Below are positions 1-8,365 of a DNA stretch of 41,836 nt, in pieces. The notes beneath the pieces are model-generated. The model saw only the letters and a list, made by a program, of their open reading frames with translations. It did no database searches and had not been told where the DNA came from. The DNA is from Acidobacteriota bacterium. GTDB lineage: Bacteria > Acidobacteriota > Blastocatellia > RBC074. Position 1 is the stretch's first letter, and each line of letters opens with the position of its first letter. A program made the translations under genes and the position numbers. Where the stretch lies: assembly GCA_041160645.1 (NCBI GenBank), contig JBEAVZ010000113.1, positions 1 to 41,836 of the forward strand, given 5' to 3'.

Positions 1-56
1 AGGGCCGACCCCGGAGGGCCGACCCCGGAGGGCTGACCCTGGAGGGCTGACCATGA
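1..56. repeat. Tandem 14-bp repeat AGGGCYGACCCYGG, about 4 units, cut by the left window edge
   Basis: Direct reading: agggccgaccccgg / agggccgaccccgg / agggctgaccctgg / agggctgaccatga. It lies 3' of the fabF-like gene. Related single units recur near 10122-10144 and 11118-11140. Confidence 0.8.
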
Positions 57-79
57 CGGGCCGCTGCGGGAACCTTCGC

Positions 80-1348
80 TCACCCTTCAAATTTGCGAAC
101 GACGAGGGCCGAGTTCTTCGAGCCGAAACCGATGCAGTTGCAGAGTGCATGACGGATCTCGAGTGGCCGTGAACGATGGGGCACATAGTCGAGATCACAT
201 TCCGGATCGGGCTCATCGAGATTGATCGTGGGCGGGGCATATCCACCAGCCATGCCACCGAGGGTGGCGATCAGTCCGGCCGCCCCCGAGGCGCCCTGCG
301 GATGGCCGATCATCGACTTGGTCGCGCTGGTCGGGACCTGCCCGGCCCGATCACCAAACGTCAGCCTGACCGCCCGGGTTTCGATGCGGTCGTTCAGATC
401 GGTCGAGGTTCCGTGCAGATTGATGTAGTCGATCTCGTCAATCGTGATCCCGGCATCGGCGATCGCCAGCGACATCGCCCGCGCCGGCTCGATCCCCGTC
501 TCGTCAAGTCGGACGCGGTGGTGGGCATCACAGGTTGAACCGTAGCCGACAACTTCGCCAAGAATCTTCGCGCCCCGCGCCTGGGCATGCTCCAGCTCTT
601 CGAAGAGAAGGAGGTAGGCGCCCTCGCCAAGCACGAAGCCGTCACGGTCGCGGCTGAATGGTCGTGATCCGCGGGCCGGGGAGTCGTTCCAGGAGGTCGT
701 GACCACCTTCATGACACTGAAACCGAGCAGAATGCTATGGGCGAGTGGGGCGTCGACGCCTCCCGTCAGCACGGAACGAATTCGCCCGGTCGCAATATTC
801 TGGGCCGCATAAGCCATCGCATCGGTCGAGGAGGTGCAACCAGTCGAGACCAGATGGCTGAAGCCCTTCAATCCAAAAGGCATGGAGATCTCACTTGCCA
901 GTGAGCCCGGAGTGGCCGTTGGAATCGAATAGATGCTCGCCCGCTTGGCCTCATTGGCAAAATAGTAGCGATACTGCTTCTCGAGAAAGCTCAGGCTTGC
1001 TCCGCCGCTGCCAAGAACGATGCCGAGCTGTCGCCGATCCTCCAGATCCATCTGTCGCGGATCGATTCCGGCATCGCGGAAGGCCAGCTCAGCCGCGGCG
1101 ATGGCAAAGGCGACCGCGTGGGAGACGTGCTGCCGATCTTTCGCCGGAACATATTGATCCGGATCAAAGTCGGTCACTTCACCGGCAATGCGCACCGGCA
1201 GATCTGCCGCATCAAAGCGGGTGATCGGCTTGATCCCGCTCCGCCCCTCCTGCGTCGCTTGCCAGAACTGTTCCCGGCCAATCCCGATCGGAGTTACACA
1301 ACCGACCCCGGTAATGACAACCCTCTTCAAAGTCTTTGGATACTGCAT
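80..1348 (-). CDS. fabF: Beta-ketoacyl-ACP synthase II (KAS II)
   Basis: 422-aa ORF. N-terminus KRVVITGVGCVTPIG, active-site Cys in VSTGCTSSTDA, catalytic His residues in LHGTSTDLND and GHPQGASG (the Cys-His-His triad of KAS I/II). Confidence 0.85.
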   Translation of the reverse strand: MQYPKTLKRVVITGVGCVTPIGIGREQFWQATQEGRSGIKPITRFDAADLPVRIAGEVTDFDPDQYVPAKDRQHVSHAVAFAIAAAELAFRDAGIDPRQMDLEDRRQLGIVLGSGGASLSFLEKQYRYYFANEAKRASIYSIPTATPGSLASEISMPFGLKGFSHLVSTGCTSSTDAMAYAAQNIATGRIRSVLTGGVDAPLAHSILLGFSVMKVVTTSWNDSPARGSRPFSRDRDGFVLGEGAYLLLFEELEHAQARGAKILGEVVGYGSTCDAHHRVRLDETGIEPARAMSLAIADAGITIDEIDYINLHGTSTDLNDRIETRAVRLTFGDRAGQVPTSATKSMIGHPQGASGAAGLIATLGGMAGGYAPPTINLDEPDPECDLDYVPHRSRPLEIRHALCNCIGFGSKNSALVVRKFEG

Positions 1349-1434
1349 TTCGACTCCCTTCCACTCAACAATCCGGGAATGGGCTCCCAGTTACCCCCAA
1401 CTTTTGTACACTTCGACGCGCTAAAGATACGCGC

Positions 1435-3174
1435 TCAGTGTATCTCAGGTTCCGGTGTCGGGGCTCCGGCTTCGAGAAAGTCGAAGTCGCACCCTTCGTG
1501 CGCCTGTCGAACCCGCTCGGAGAAGATGGCCCCATAGCCACGCTGATAGTGCGGCGCCGGACGCACCCAGCGTTCACGCCGCCGGGCGAGCTCGTCGTCG
1601 CTGATTCGCAGTTCAAGCCGCCGCCCGGCGAGGTCGAGCTCGATCAGATCCCCATCTTCGACCAGCGCAAGCGGTCCACCGATGAAGCTCTCGGGTGAAA
1701 CGTGCAGGACACAGGTGCCGTACGAGGTGCCGCTCATTCGCGCATCTGAGATACGCACCAGATCACGTACCCCTTCGCGCAGCAGCTTCCGTGGAATCGG
1801 AAGCATCCCCCATTCCGGCATTCCCGGACCACCAAGGGGACCGGCATGCTTGAGGACCAGGACCGAATTGGCGTCGACAGGGAGCGAATCGTCATCGATG
1901 CGCGCCGCCATGTCATTATAATCCTGGAAGACGACCGCCCGTCCGGTGTGCTGCAACAGCCGTGGAGTCGCGGCCGTAGGCTTGATCACCGCGCCATTTG
2001 GAGCCAGATTGCCAAAGAGCACTGCGGTGCCGCCCTGCCGGGCAACCGGATTGTCGATCGTCCGGATCACCTCCGGCTTGAAGATTCGCGCCCCGGCAAT
2101 ATTCTCACCAAGACTCTTTCCATTGACCGTCAGGCAGGTCAGGTCGAGGAGATCGGTCAGCTGCGCCTGCAAGGCCCGGAGTCCACCGGCATAGTAGAAG
2201 TCCTCCATCAGAAACTCTCCGGAGGGGCGGATGTTGGCGAGCATCGGCGTCCGCTGCGATATCTCATCGAATCTCCCGAGGTTGAGCGGAATCCCGGCCC
2301 GGCCGGCCATGGCCAGGAGATGGACGATCGCGTTGGTCGATCCGCCAATCGCCATATCGACGGTGATCGCATTGTCGAAGGAGGCCACGGAGAGGAGATG
2401 GCTCGGCTTCAGATCCTCCCAGACCATCTCGACGATCCGCCGGCCACAGGCGGAGGCCATGCGTGAGTGGTTGGCATCGACGGCCGGAATCGAGGAAGCC
2501 CCGGGCAGGGTCAGTCCAAGCGTTTCGGCCATGGCCGTCATGGTCGAAGCAGTGCCCATCGTCATGCAATGGCCAGGCGAGCGGGCGATTCCATCCTCGA
2601 TCGCGTTCCAATCAGCGGTGGAGAGATTGCCGGCGCAGCGCTCCGCCCAGTACTTCCAGCCATCACTTCCACTCCCCAGCACCTGCCCCTGCCAGTTGCC
2701 GCGCAACATCGGGCCCGCCGGCAGATAGATCAGGGGCAGATCGACCGAGAAGGCGCCCATCAGGAGCCCGGGGGTCGTCTTATCGCAGCCCCCCATGAGG
2801 ACCACACCGTCGATCGGCTGGCTCCGCAGCAACTCCTCCACCTCCATGGCGAGCAGGTTGCGATAGAGGAGCGGACTCGGCTTCATAAAGATCTCGTTGA
2901 CGGGCATCGCCGGGATCTCGACTGGAAACCCACCCGCCTGGAGCACCCCGCGCTTCACCTCCTGCGCCCGGTCACGGAAATGGGTGTGGCAGATCGTCAG
3001 ATCACTCCAGGTGTTGATAATGCCGATGACCGGTTTCCCGGCATAGTCCTCGCTGCCATAGCCCATCTGCTTGAGGCGTGATCGATGCCCAAACGACCGC
3101 AGATCGTCGGGACGGAGCCACCGGGCACTCCTCAATTCATCCGCTCGCTTGCGATTTCCACCGTCTGCCATCAC
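1435..3174 (-). CDS. IlvD/Edd-family dehydratase (dihydroxy-acid or sugar-acid dehydratase)
   Basis: 579-aa ORF with the family motif MGGCDKTTPGLLMGA and C-terminal SDARMSGTSYGTCVLHVSPE. It lies immediately downstream of a GntP permease, which favours a sugar-acid (aldonate) dehydratase role. Confidence 0.85.
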   Translation of the reverse strand: MMADGGNRKRADELRSARWLRPDDLRSFGHRSRLKQMGYGSEDYAGKPVIGIINTWSDLTICHTHFRDRAQEVKRGVLQAGGFPVEIPAMPVNEIFMKPSPLLYRNLLAMEVEELLRSQPIDGVVLMGGCDKTTPGLLMGAFSVDLPLIYLPAGPMLRGNWQGQVLGSGSDGWKYWAERCAGNLSTADWNAIEDGIARSPGHCMTMGTASTMTAMAETLGLTLPGASSIPAVDANHSRMASACGRRIVEMVWEDLKPSHLLSVASFDNAITVDMAIGGSTNAIVHLLAMAGRAGIPLNLGRFDEISQRTPMLANIRPSGEFLMEDFYYAGGLRALQAQLTDLLDLTCLTVNGKSLGENIAGARIFKPEVIRTIDNPVARQGGTAVLFGNLAPNGAVIKPTAATPRLLQHTGRAVVFQDYNDMAARIDDDSLPVDANSVLVLKHAGPLGGPGMPEWGMLPIPRKLLREGVRDLVRISDARMSGTSYGTCVLHVSPESFIGGPLALVEDGDLIELDLAGRRLELRISDDELARRRERWVRPAPHYQRGYGAIFSERVRQAHEGCDFDFLEAGAPTPEPEIH

Positions 3175-3203
3175 GAGATCCTTTCGCTAGTTGAGATTGC
3201 CTC

Positions 3204-4577
3204 TCAAATGAGGGGAAAGAGCCGGGCAAAGATCATTGTCACGATGATCCCGACCACCCCCATGATCAGCATCAACGGACTGATCGTCTTCAAACCCTCC
3301 CGCTCGGTCATCCCGCTCATGCGGGTCATGATCCAGAAGGCGCTGTCATTGAGCCAGCTGACCGGTTTTGAACCACAGCCGATCGCCATGGCCAGGTAGA
3401 CCGGGTGAAAGCCGAGAATCTCCGGGCGGGCCATCCCCGCAAAGGCGCCCGCCGTGGTGATCATGGCGACCGTGGCCGATCCTGAAGAACTGCGGATCGC
3501 CGCCGTGAGCAGAAATGCTACCGGCAGAATCGCCGCCGAGGCACGCAGCTGCTCGATCATGCCTCCGATGTGGGTCTGCTGGAGGACAGTGCCAAAAGCT
3601 CCTCCGGCGCCGGTGATGAGAATGATTCCTCCGGCTCCGACCAGCGCCTCCCTGATCCCCGCCTCAAACTCTTCACGCGCTCCCCAGCGGTAGAGGAGCC
3701 AGACCGCGAGAGCCGCGCCGATCATCAGCGCCACGTTCTTGTCTCCCAGCGCCTTCAGAAGGGGCGTCGGGTAGATGGCCGCGACCGCGATCAGCACGAC
3801 CGGGAGGATGATCGGCAGCAAGGCCAGCCACGTCCACGGCAGCTCTGATTCATCCCGCGCCATGAGATCCTCCATCCGCGCCAGCGACTCGGGGGTCTCC
3901 CGCAGGGGCAGATCCCAGCGGGCGTCGGCCCATTTCGCGAAGAGATAGCCGGCCGCCGAACAGAAGAGGCCGATCAGACATCCCATTCCAATCATCATCG
4001 CCAGTCCGATTTTGAACTCCGCGGCGACGAAGAGCGGACCTGGCGTCGGTGGAACCAGCGAATGGGTGATCGATCCACCGGCAATCAGGGCCAGAATATA
4101 CCACAGATAGTGCCGCCCGCTCCGCAACCGGACGGCCTTGATGAGCGGGATCACCAGGTAGAAGACCGTGTCGAAGAAGACTGGAATACCAAGCAGAAAC
4201 CCACTCGCGACAAAGGCCCGCGGCGCCCGCTCCTGCCCGACCAGCCGGAGGGTCGTCCGGACGATCCGGTCGGCCGCCCCACTCCGCAGCATCCCCTCGC
4301 CAATGATCGAGGCCATCGCGATCATCAGGCCAATCTGTCCGACTGTCCGCCCAAACCCCTCGGCGACCCGATCAGCAAAGAAGGCTGTCTCGAGCTGCCG
4401 GGCGGCAGCCTCACTCATTCCTCGCGCCAGTCCGTACTGATGGATCAAGTCGCCCGGCGTCAACCAGGCCACCAGTAAGGCCGCGATGATCAGCGCCAGA
4501 AACGCATGGAGCCGTAGCCCAAGAATCAGGCCGATCACGACAATCATGCCAGTCACGAGAAGGATGTATGGGTTCAT
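3204..4577 (-). CDS. GntP-family (gluconate/aldonate:H+) permease
   Basis: 457-aa polytopic membrane ORF with GntP-like N-terminus MNPYILLVTGMIVVIGLILGLRLHAFLALIIAALLVAW. It sits 30 nt upstream of the dehydratase on the same strand. Confidence 0.8.
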   Translation of the reverse strand: MNPYILLVTGMIVVIGLILGLRLHAFLALIIAALLVAWLTPGDLIHQYGLARGMSEAAARQLETAFFADRVAEGFGRTVGQIGLMIAMASIIGEGMLRSGAADRIVRTTLRLVGQERAPRAFVASGFLLGIPVFFDTVFYLVIPLIKAVRLRSGRHYLWYILALIAGGSITHSLVPPTPGPLFVAAEFKIGLAMMIGMGCLIGLFCSAAGYLFAKWADARWDLPLRETPESLARMEDLMARDESELPWTWLALLPIILPVVLIAVAAIYPTPLLKALGDKNVALMIGAALAVWLLYRWGAREEFEAGIREALVGAGGIILITGAGGAFGTVLQQTHIGGMIEQLRASAAILPVAFLLTAAIRSSSGSATVAMITTAGAFAGMARPEILGFHPVYLAMAIGCGSKPVSWLNDSAFWIMTRMSGMTEREGLKTISPLMLIMGVVGIIVTMIFARLFPLI

Positions 4578-4633
4578 GCCGCCAAGAATATGACGGTTCG
4601 AGCTCTATCGTAAAGATTTCCGGTAACTGACCC

Positions 4634-4653
4634 GAAATATAGATCCATATTTC
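4634..4653. promoter_or_regulatory. Perfect 7-6-7 palindrome GAAATAT-AGATCC-ATATTTC upstream of the GntP gene (candidate operator)
   Basis: Arms 4634-4640 and 4647-4653 are exact reverse complements. The element is AT-rich in a GC-rich genome and lies about 57-76 nt upstream of the GntP ATG (4577). Confidence 0.35.
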
Positions 4654-4815
4654 TGCCAAAGTCGGCTCTCAGGCCCGCGATGGCCGCGCCGGGAAGCCTC
4701 AACCTGGCCACCAGGGCATACAAATAGTTCCGGTCCCCGTCGCAACGTCACGACCGAAGAGAGTAATAAAGATTGTGAAGCGGATCGGCTCTGGTTGGGA
4801 AGCGAAATTGAAGGC

Positions 4816-4917
4816 AGGCAAAAAAAGAGAGGTGACCAACAAATGCTGACCACCTCAGTCACAAACTACACACACATCCCCTACACGCCCCCTCCCGGGT
4901 TTTGTTCCACGATCTTC
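4816..4917 (-). ncRNA. Copy 1 of a duplicated ~100-nt element; candidate small RNA with an intrinsic terminator on the minus strand
   Basis: About 90% identical by eye to 5195-5296. On the minus strand it ends in GGUGGUCAGCAUUUGUUGGUCACC (plus 4831-4854, a 9-bp stem including G-U pairs) followed by UCUC-U7 (plus A-run 4820-4826). Confidence 0.4.
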
Positions 4918-5194
4918 CATTTTTTATCAAATTTTCTGGTTGTTGGCCGCGAGGCTTCGCCGCGCGATCTCCGGGAGGGGCTGAACCTGTCCGGACAGCG
5001 ACAGACAACCAGTCGATCCCGAGCCCAGACCATTCAGTCGCGTCACTTTTGGCCTCCGGCTAACCGCGATAACATCGGCCCGGGCGCGAACGAACCACTT
5101 TCAGGTTGAATCTTTATTCTGGAGGGTGCAGAAATTCTGTCGGGAGAAGAAGAGGATGATGGGCAGCCGGCTGTCCGGATCAGAAGACGCAATT

Positions 5195-5296
5195 GGACAA
5201 AAAAAGAGAGGTGACCAACAAATGCTGACCACCCCAGTCACAAACTACACACACATCCCCTACACGCTCTCCCCCTGGTTTTGTTCCCTGATCTTC
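5195..5296 (-). ncRNA. Copy 2 of the duplicated ~100-nt element; candidate small RNA with an intrinsic terminator on the minus strand
   Basis: Identical hairpin at plus 5210-5233 and A7 run at 5199-5205 (U7 on the minus strand). An AT-rich tract with a TAGAAT -10-like hexamer (reverse complement of 5315-5320) lies just upstream on the minus strand. Confidence 0.4.
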
Positions 5297-5430
5297 AAAG
5301 ATTTTGAAAAAAATATTCTATTTTTTTCGTGCGGCTTCAGCTCTTTTCCATTGTATGATGATCAACCATCTCTCTGCCGGCCATACACGGCCATAAATCT
5401 CGGTCAGGCATTGGGGAAAGGCACCAGACA

Positions 5431-6885
5431 ATGGCGAAGAACAAGGTCTTGGTAGTCGATGATGAATCATCGATCCGTTACACTCTCGGCGAAGCCCTGC
5501 GCGGTTGGGGGTATGACTATGTCGAGGCGGGATCGATCAAAGAAGCGCTGGATCTGTTCGAGAATGAGCATCCCCTGGTTGTGCTGCAGGATCTCCACCT
5601 TCCTGACGGATCTGGCCTCGACGCCCTGCGTGAGTACAAGTCGCGCCATCAACAATCGGTCATTATTATGATGACCGGGAACATCCTCCTCGACGACACC
5701 ATCTCTGCCCTGCGTGGCGGCGCCTACGATTTCATCAGAAAACCGATCAATCTGCGCGAGTTGCAAGTGACGATCCGGAATGGAATCGAGGCTGGCACAC
5801 TGCGGCGTGAAGTGCGGACCCTCCGCAATGAACAGGCGCGTCAGTTTGGGTTTGACCAGATCATCGGCACTTCGCCCGCTATGCGCGAGATGATCGCCCT
5901 GGCGAAGAAGGTGGCCTCGAGTGAAGCCTCGGCGGTCCTGCTCCAGGGTGAGAGTGGCACCGGTAAGGATCTGCTGGCCAAAGCAATCCACTATGGCTCA
6001 TCGCGCGGCAACCAACCCTTCATCGCCATCAATATTGCCGCGATTCCGGGGACGCTGATCGAGAGTGAACTCTTCGGGCACGAAAAGGGCGCTTTCACTG
6101 ACGCCAAGAACCGCAAGGAGGGTCTCTTCGAGCAGGCCCAGGGCGGGACGATCTTCCTCGATGAGATTGGCGAACTCGAACTGAACCTCCAGGCCAAACT
6201 GCTCCGCGTCCTCGAAGAGGGGTCTTTTCGCCGCGTTGGCGGTTTGAAAGACCACCCGCTCGACGTGCGGGTGATAGCCGCCTCCAACCGCGACCTGAAG
6301 GGGGAGAGCGAAAGCAACCGGTTTCGGATCGACCTCTACTATCGACTCTCGGTGATCCAGATCGATCTGCCGCCCCTGCGCGAACGCGGAGATGACGTGC
6401 TCGGACTCGCCAAGCATTATATTCAGCACTTCAACCAGACGCTCCGCAAACGTATTGCGGGGCTGACGCCGCCGGTCGAGGAGATCTTCCGCCACTACCA
6501 CTGGCCGGGGAATGTCCGTGAGCTGCGAAACGTGATCGAGCGAGCGATGATTCTTGAAGATACGGACCAGATCACTCCGATCTGGCTCCCGCGCGATCTG
6601 ACCCGCGAGGATGAATGGAGCCTCCGGTCAACTCAAGCGGGCCAAGTTGGCCCGAATACTCCTCCCCCGTCCATCGTCAATCAAGCTTCGTCGCCCCATC
6701 ACAACGGTCATCAATCCCGGTCGCCATTCGTCATGCCGGAGAGCGGAATCAACCTCGAGCAGGTCGAACTCTCACTGGTTCAACAGGCCATGGAGCGCAG
6801 CGGAGGAAATCAGACCCGGGCGGCGGAACTGCTCGGAATTTCTCGGGACCAGTTGCGCTACCGCCTCAAGAAGATCGAGGCGTGA
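5431..6885 (+). CDS. Sigma-54-dependent response regulator (NtrC family: REC + AAA+ + Fis-type HTH)
   Basis: REC domain (KVLVVDDE ... [13 protein letters not shown]). Walker [22 protein letters not shown]-type loop present as EKGAFTDA. C-terminal [25 protein letters not shown]. Confidence 0.9.
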   Translation: MAKNKVLVVDDESSIRYTLGEALRGWGYDYVEAGSIKEALDLFENEHPLVVLQDLHLPDGSGLDALREYKSRHQQSVIIMMTGNILLDDTISALRGGAYDFIRKPINLRELQVTIRNGIEAGTLRREVRTLRNEQARQFGFDQIIGTSPAMREMIALAKKVASSEASAVLLQGESGTGKDLLAKAIHYGSSRGNQPFIAINIAAIPGTLIESELFGHEKGAFTDAKNRKEGLFEQAQGGTIFLDEIGELELNLQAKLLRVLEEGSFRRVGGLKDHPLDVRVIAASNRDLKGESESNRFRIDLYYRLSVIQIDLPPLRERGDDVLGLAKHYIQHFNQTLRKRIAGLTPPVEEIFRHYHWPGNVRELRNVIERAMILEDTDQITPIWLPRDLTREDEWSLRSTQAGQVGPNTPPPSIVNQASSPHHNGHQSRSPFVMPESGINLEQVELSLVQQAMERSGGNQTRAAELLGISRDQLRYRLKKIEA

Positions 6886-6980
6886 CAGCCACCTTGCCGT
6901 GGCGGAAGCATGACAAAGCGCCATCATCAACCTGACGACGCCCACCAATTTTTGGACACCAGTTTAGACGGAGAATTGCC

Positions 6981-7928
6981 ATGAGAGAGTCGATGCGAGT
7001 TTTAATCCCTGTTGACGGTTCAGAGTCGAGTCTGTCGGTCATCGACCAGGCGGCGCTGATTCCCTGGACGAACGGAAGCCGTTTGCTGATCCTGGGCGTG
7101 GCCGAGATGCCCTCGACGCTCATGGCCGGCCCCATCCCCATGCCGGGAACCTACTATCAGGAGTGGGAGAAGGCGCTCGAAGATCAAGCTGCCAGGAATA
7201 TCGACCAGGCGCTCAAAAGATATGTCGGGGCGGGCGGCGCCGAGGAGATGGTCACAACCCTGACTATGCGCGGAAACACCAAGGAGGCGATCATCGACGA
7301 GGCGGAGAAGTTCGGAGCCGACCTGATCATGATCGGCACCCACGGCTACAATGCACTCGAGCGAATGTGGCTCGGCTCGGTCTCCCGCACTGTCGCCACG
7401 CACGCGGGGTGCTCGGTTGAGATTGTTCGTCCACGCCAGGACGCGGCCCCGGGCGGGGGGATGAAACTGCTCGTGGCGGTCGATGGATCATCTTTTGGCG
7501 AGGCAGCCGTGACCGAGGTGGCCAACCGCCCGTGGCCGGATGGAAGCGAGGTCCGGGTTATCACCGCAATCCACCTGCCCTTCGCTCCCACACCGGAGGC
7601 CTGGGTCCTGCCGGATGAGTTCTATGCCCAGGCGGAGAAGCACAGTCGCGACCAGGCTGAGGTAACGCTCCGCCGCGCCGCGCAGATAATTGAAGAGGGC
7701 AACGCGGCACGGGCCGTTCCGCTCGGTTTCAGCAGCGAGGCGATCCTTGGCCATGCGGAAGAGGTAATTCTCGCGGCCGCCAGAGAGTGGCCGGCCGATC
7801 TGATCCTGGTCGGTTCGCACGGCCACCGGGCGTGGGAGCGCTTCATGCTTGGTTCGGTGTCCCAGGCGGTCGCTTGGCACGCCCACTGCTCGGTAGAGAT
7901 CGTCCGCTCAATTCCGGGAGGCAGATAA
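6981..7928 (+). CDS. Tandem universal stress protein (two UspA domains)
   Basis: Two repeats of the Usp pattern: VLIPVDGS ... IMIGTHGYNALERMWLGSVSRTVATHAGCSVEIVR, and LLVAVDGS ... ILVGSHGHRAWERFMLGSVSQAVAWHAHCSVEIVR. ACGGAGA sits 8 nt upstream of the ATG. Confidence 0.85.
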   Translation: MRESMRVLIPVDGSESSLSVIDQAALIPWTNGSRLLILGVAEMPSTLMAGPIPMPGTYYQEWEKALEDQAARNIDQALKRYVGAGGAEEMVTTLTMRGNTKEAIIDEAEKFGADLIMIGTHGYNALERMWLGSVSRTVATHAGCSVEIVRPRQDAAPGGGMKLLVAVDGSSFGEAAVTEVANRPWPDGSEVRVITAIHLPFAPTPEAWVLPDEFYAQAEKHSRDQAEVTLRRAAQIIEEGNAARAVPLGFSSEAILGHAEEVILAAAREWPADLILVGSHGHRAWERFMLGSVSQAVAWHAHCSVEIVRSIPGGR

Positions 7929-8365
7929 TGCAGCTCGGGAAGTTGCCCTCCGCCGCGGCGATCGCCATCCTTGACGAGTCATCTCTCGGGAGACTTGGCT
8001 GCATCGCAAATGGCCGACCCTATGTTGTGCCGGTCTACTATTTTTTTGACGGGCAGGACATCTACATCCATTCGCTGCCCGGGCTGAAGATCGAAGCACT
8101 GCGGACAAACCCGGCCGCCTGTCTGCAGGTTGACCAGATCCGTGATGCTTATCATTGGCGCAGCGTCATTGTGGCGGGGGTCTATGAAGAGGTTGGGCCT
8201 GACGATCAGGAGCGCGAGAAGATTCTGGCCAGACTCTACCAGCGGCTCCCACATCTCAGCCCGGTCGAATCACGGAGCGAGTCGCGGGGTGATGAGTTGA
8301 TCGTTTTTCGCCTCAGGATTGAGGAGATAACCGGCGTGGGAGAAGAGTGGTCATGGAAAAGCTGA
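7928..8365 (+). CDS. Pyridoxamine-5'-phosphate-oxidase-family (NimA-like) flavin or deazaflavin-binding protein
   Basis: The ATG at 7928 overlaps the Usp stop (TAATG). MQLGKL ... [50 protein letters not shown] ... [13 protein letters not shown] fits the split-barrel PNPOx_2 pattern. The upstream part of the track ORF (7787-) is out-of-frame overlap with usp. Confidence 0.7.
   Translation: MQLGKLPSAAAIAILDESSLGRLGCIANGRPYVVPVYYFFDGQDIYIHSLPGLKIEALRTNPAACLQVDQIRDAYHWRSVIVAGVYEEVGPDDQEREKILARLYQRLPHLSPVESRSESRGDELIVFRLRIEEITGVGEEWSWKS

Noticed and set aside
4843-5455. Small proteins starting MLTT[S/P]VTNYTHIPYT encoded on the plus strand of the duplicated element (ATG 4843 and ATG 5222)
   Set aside because: Differences between the two copies are mostly non-synonymous with no third-position bias. 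The two reading frames diverge completely after about 25 codons. The minus-strand terminator signature explains the conserved block better. I kept it only as an alternative inside the sRNA finding.
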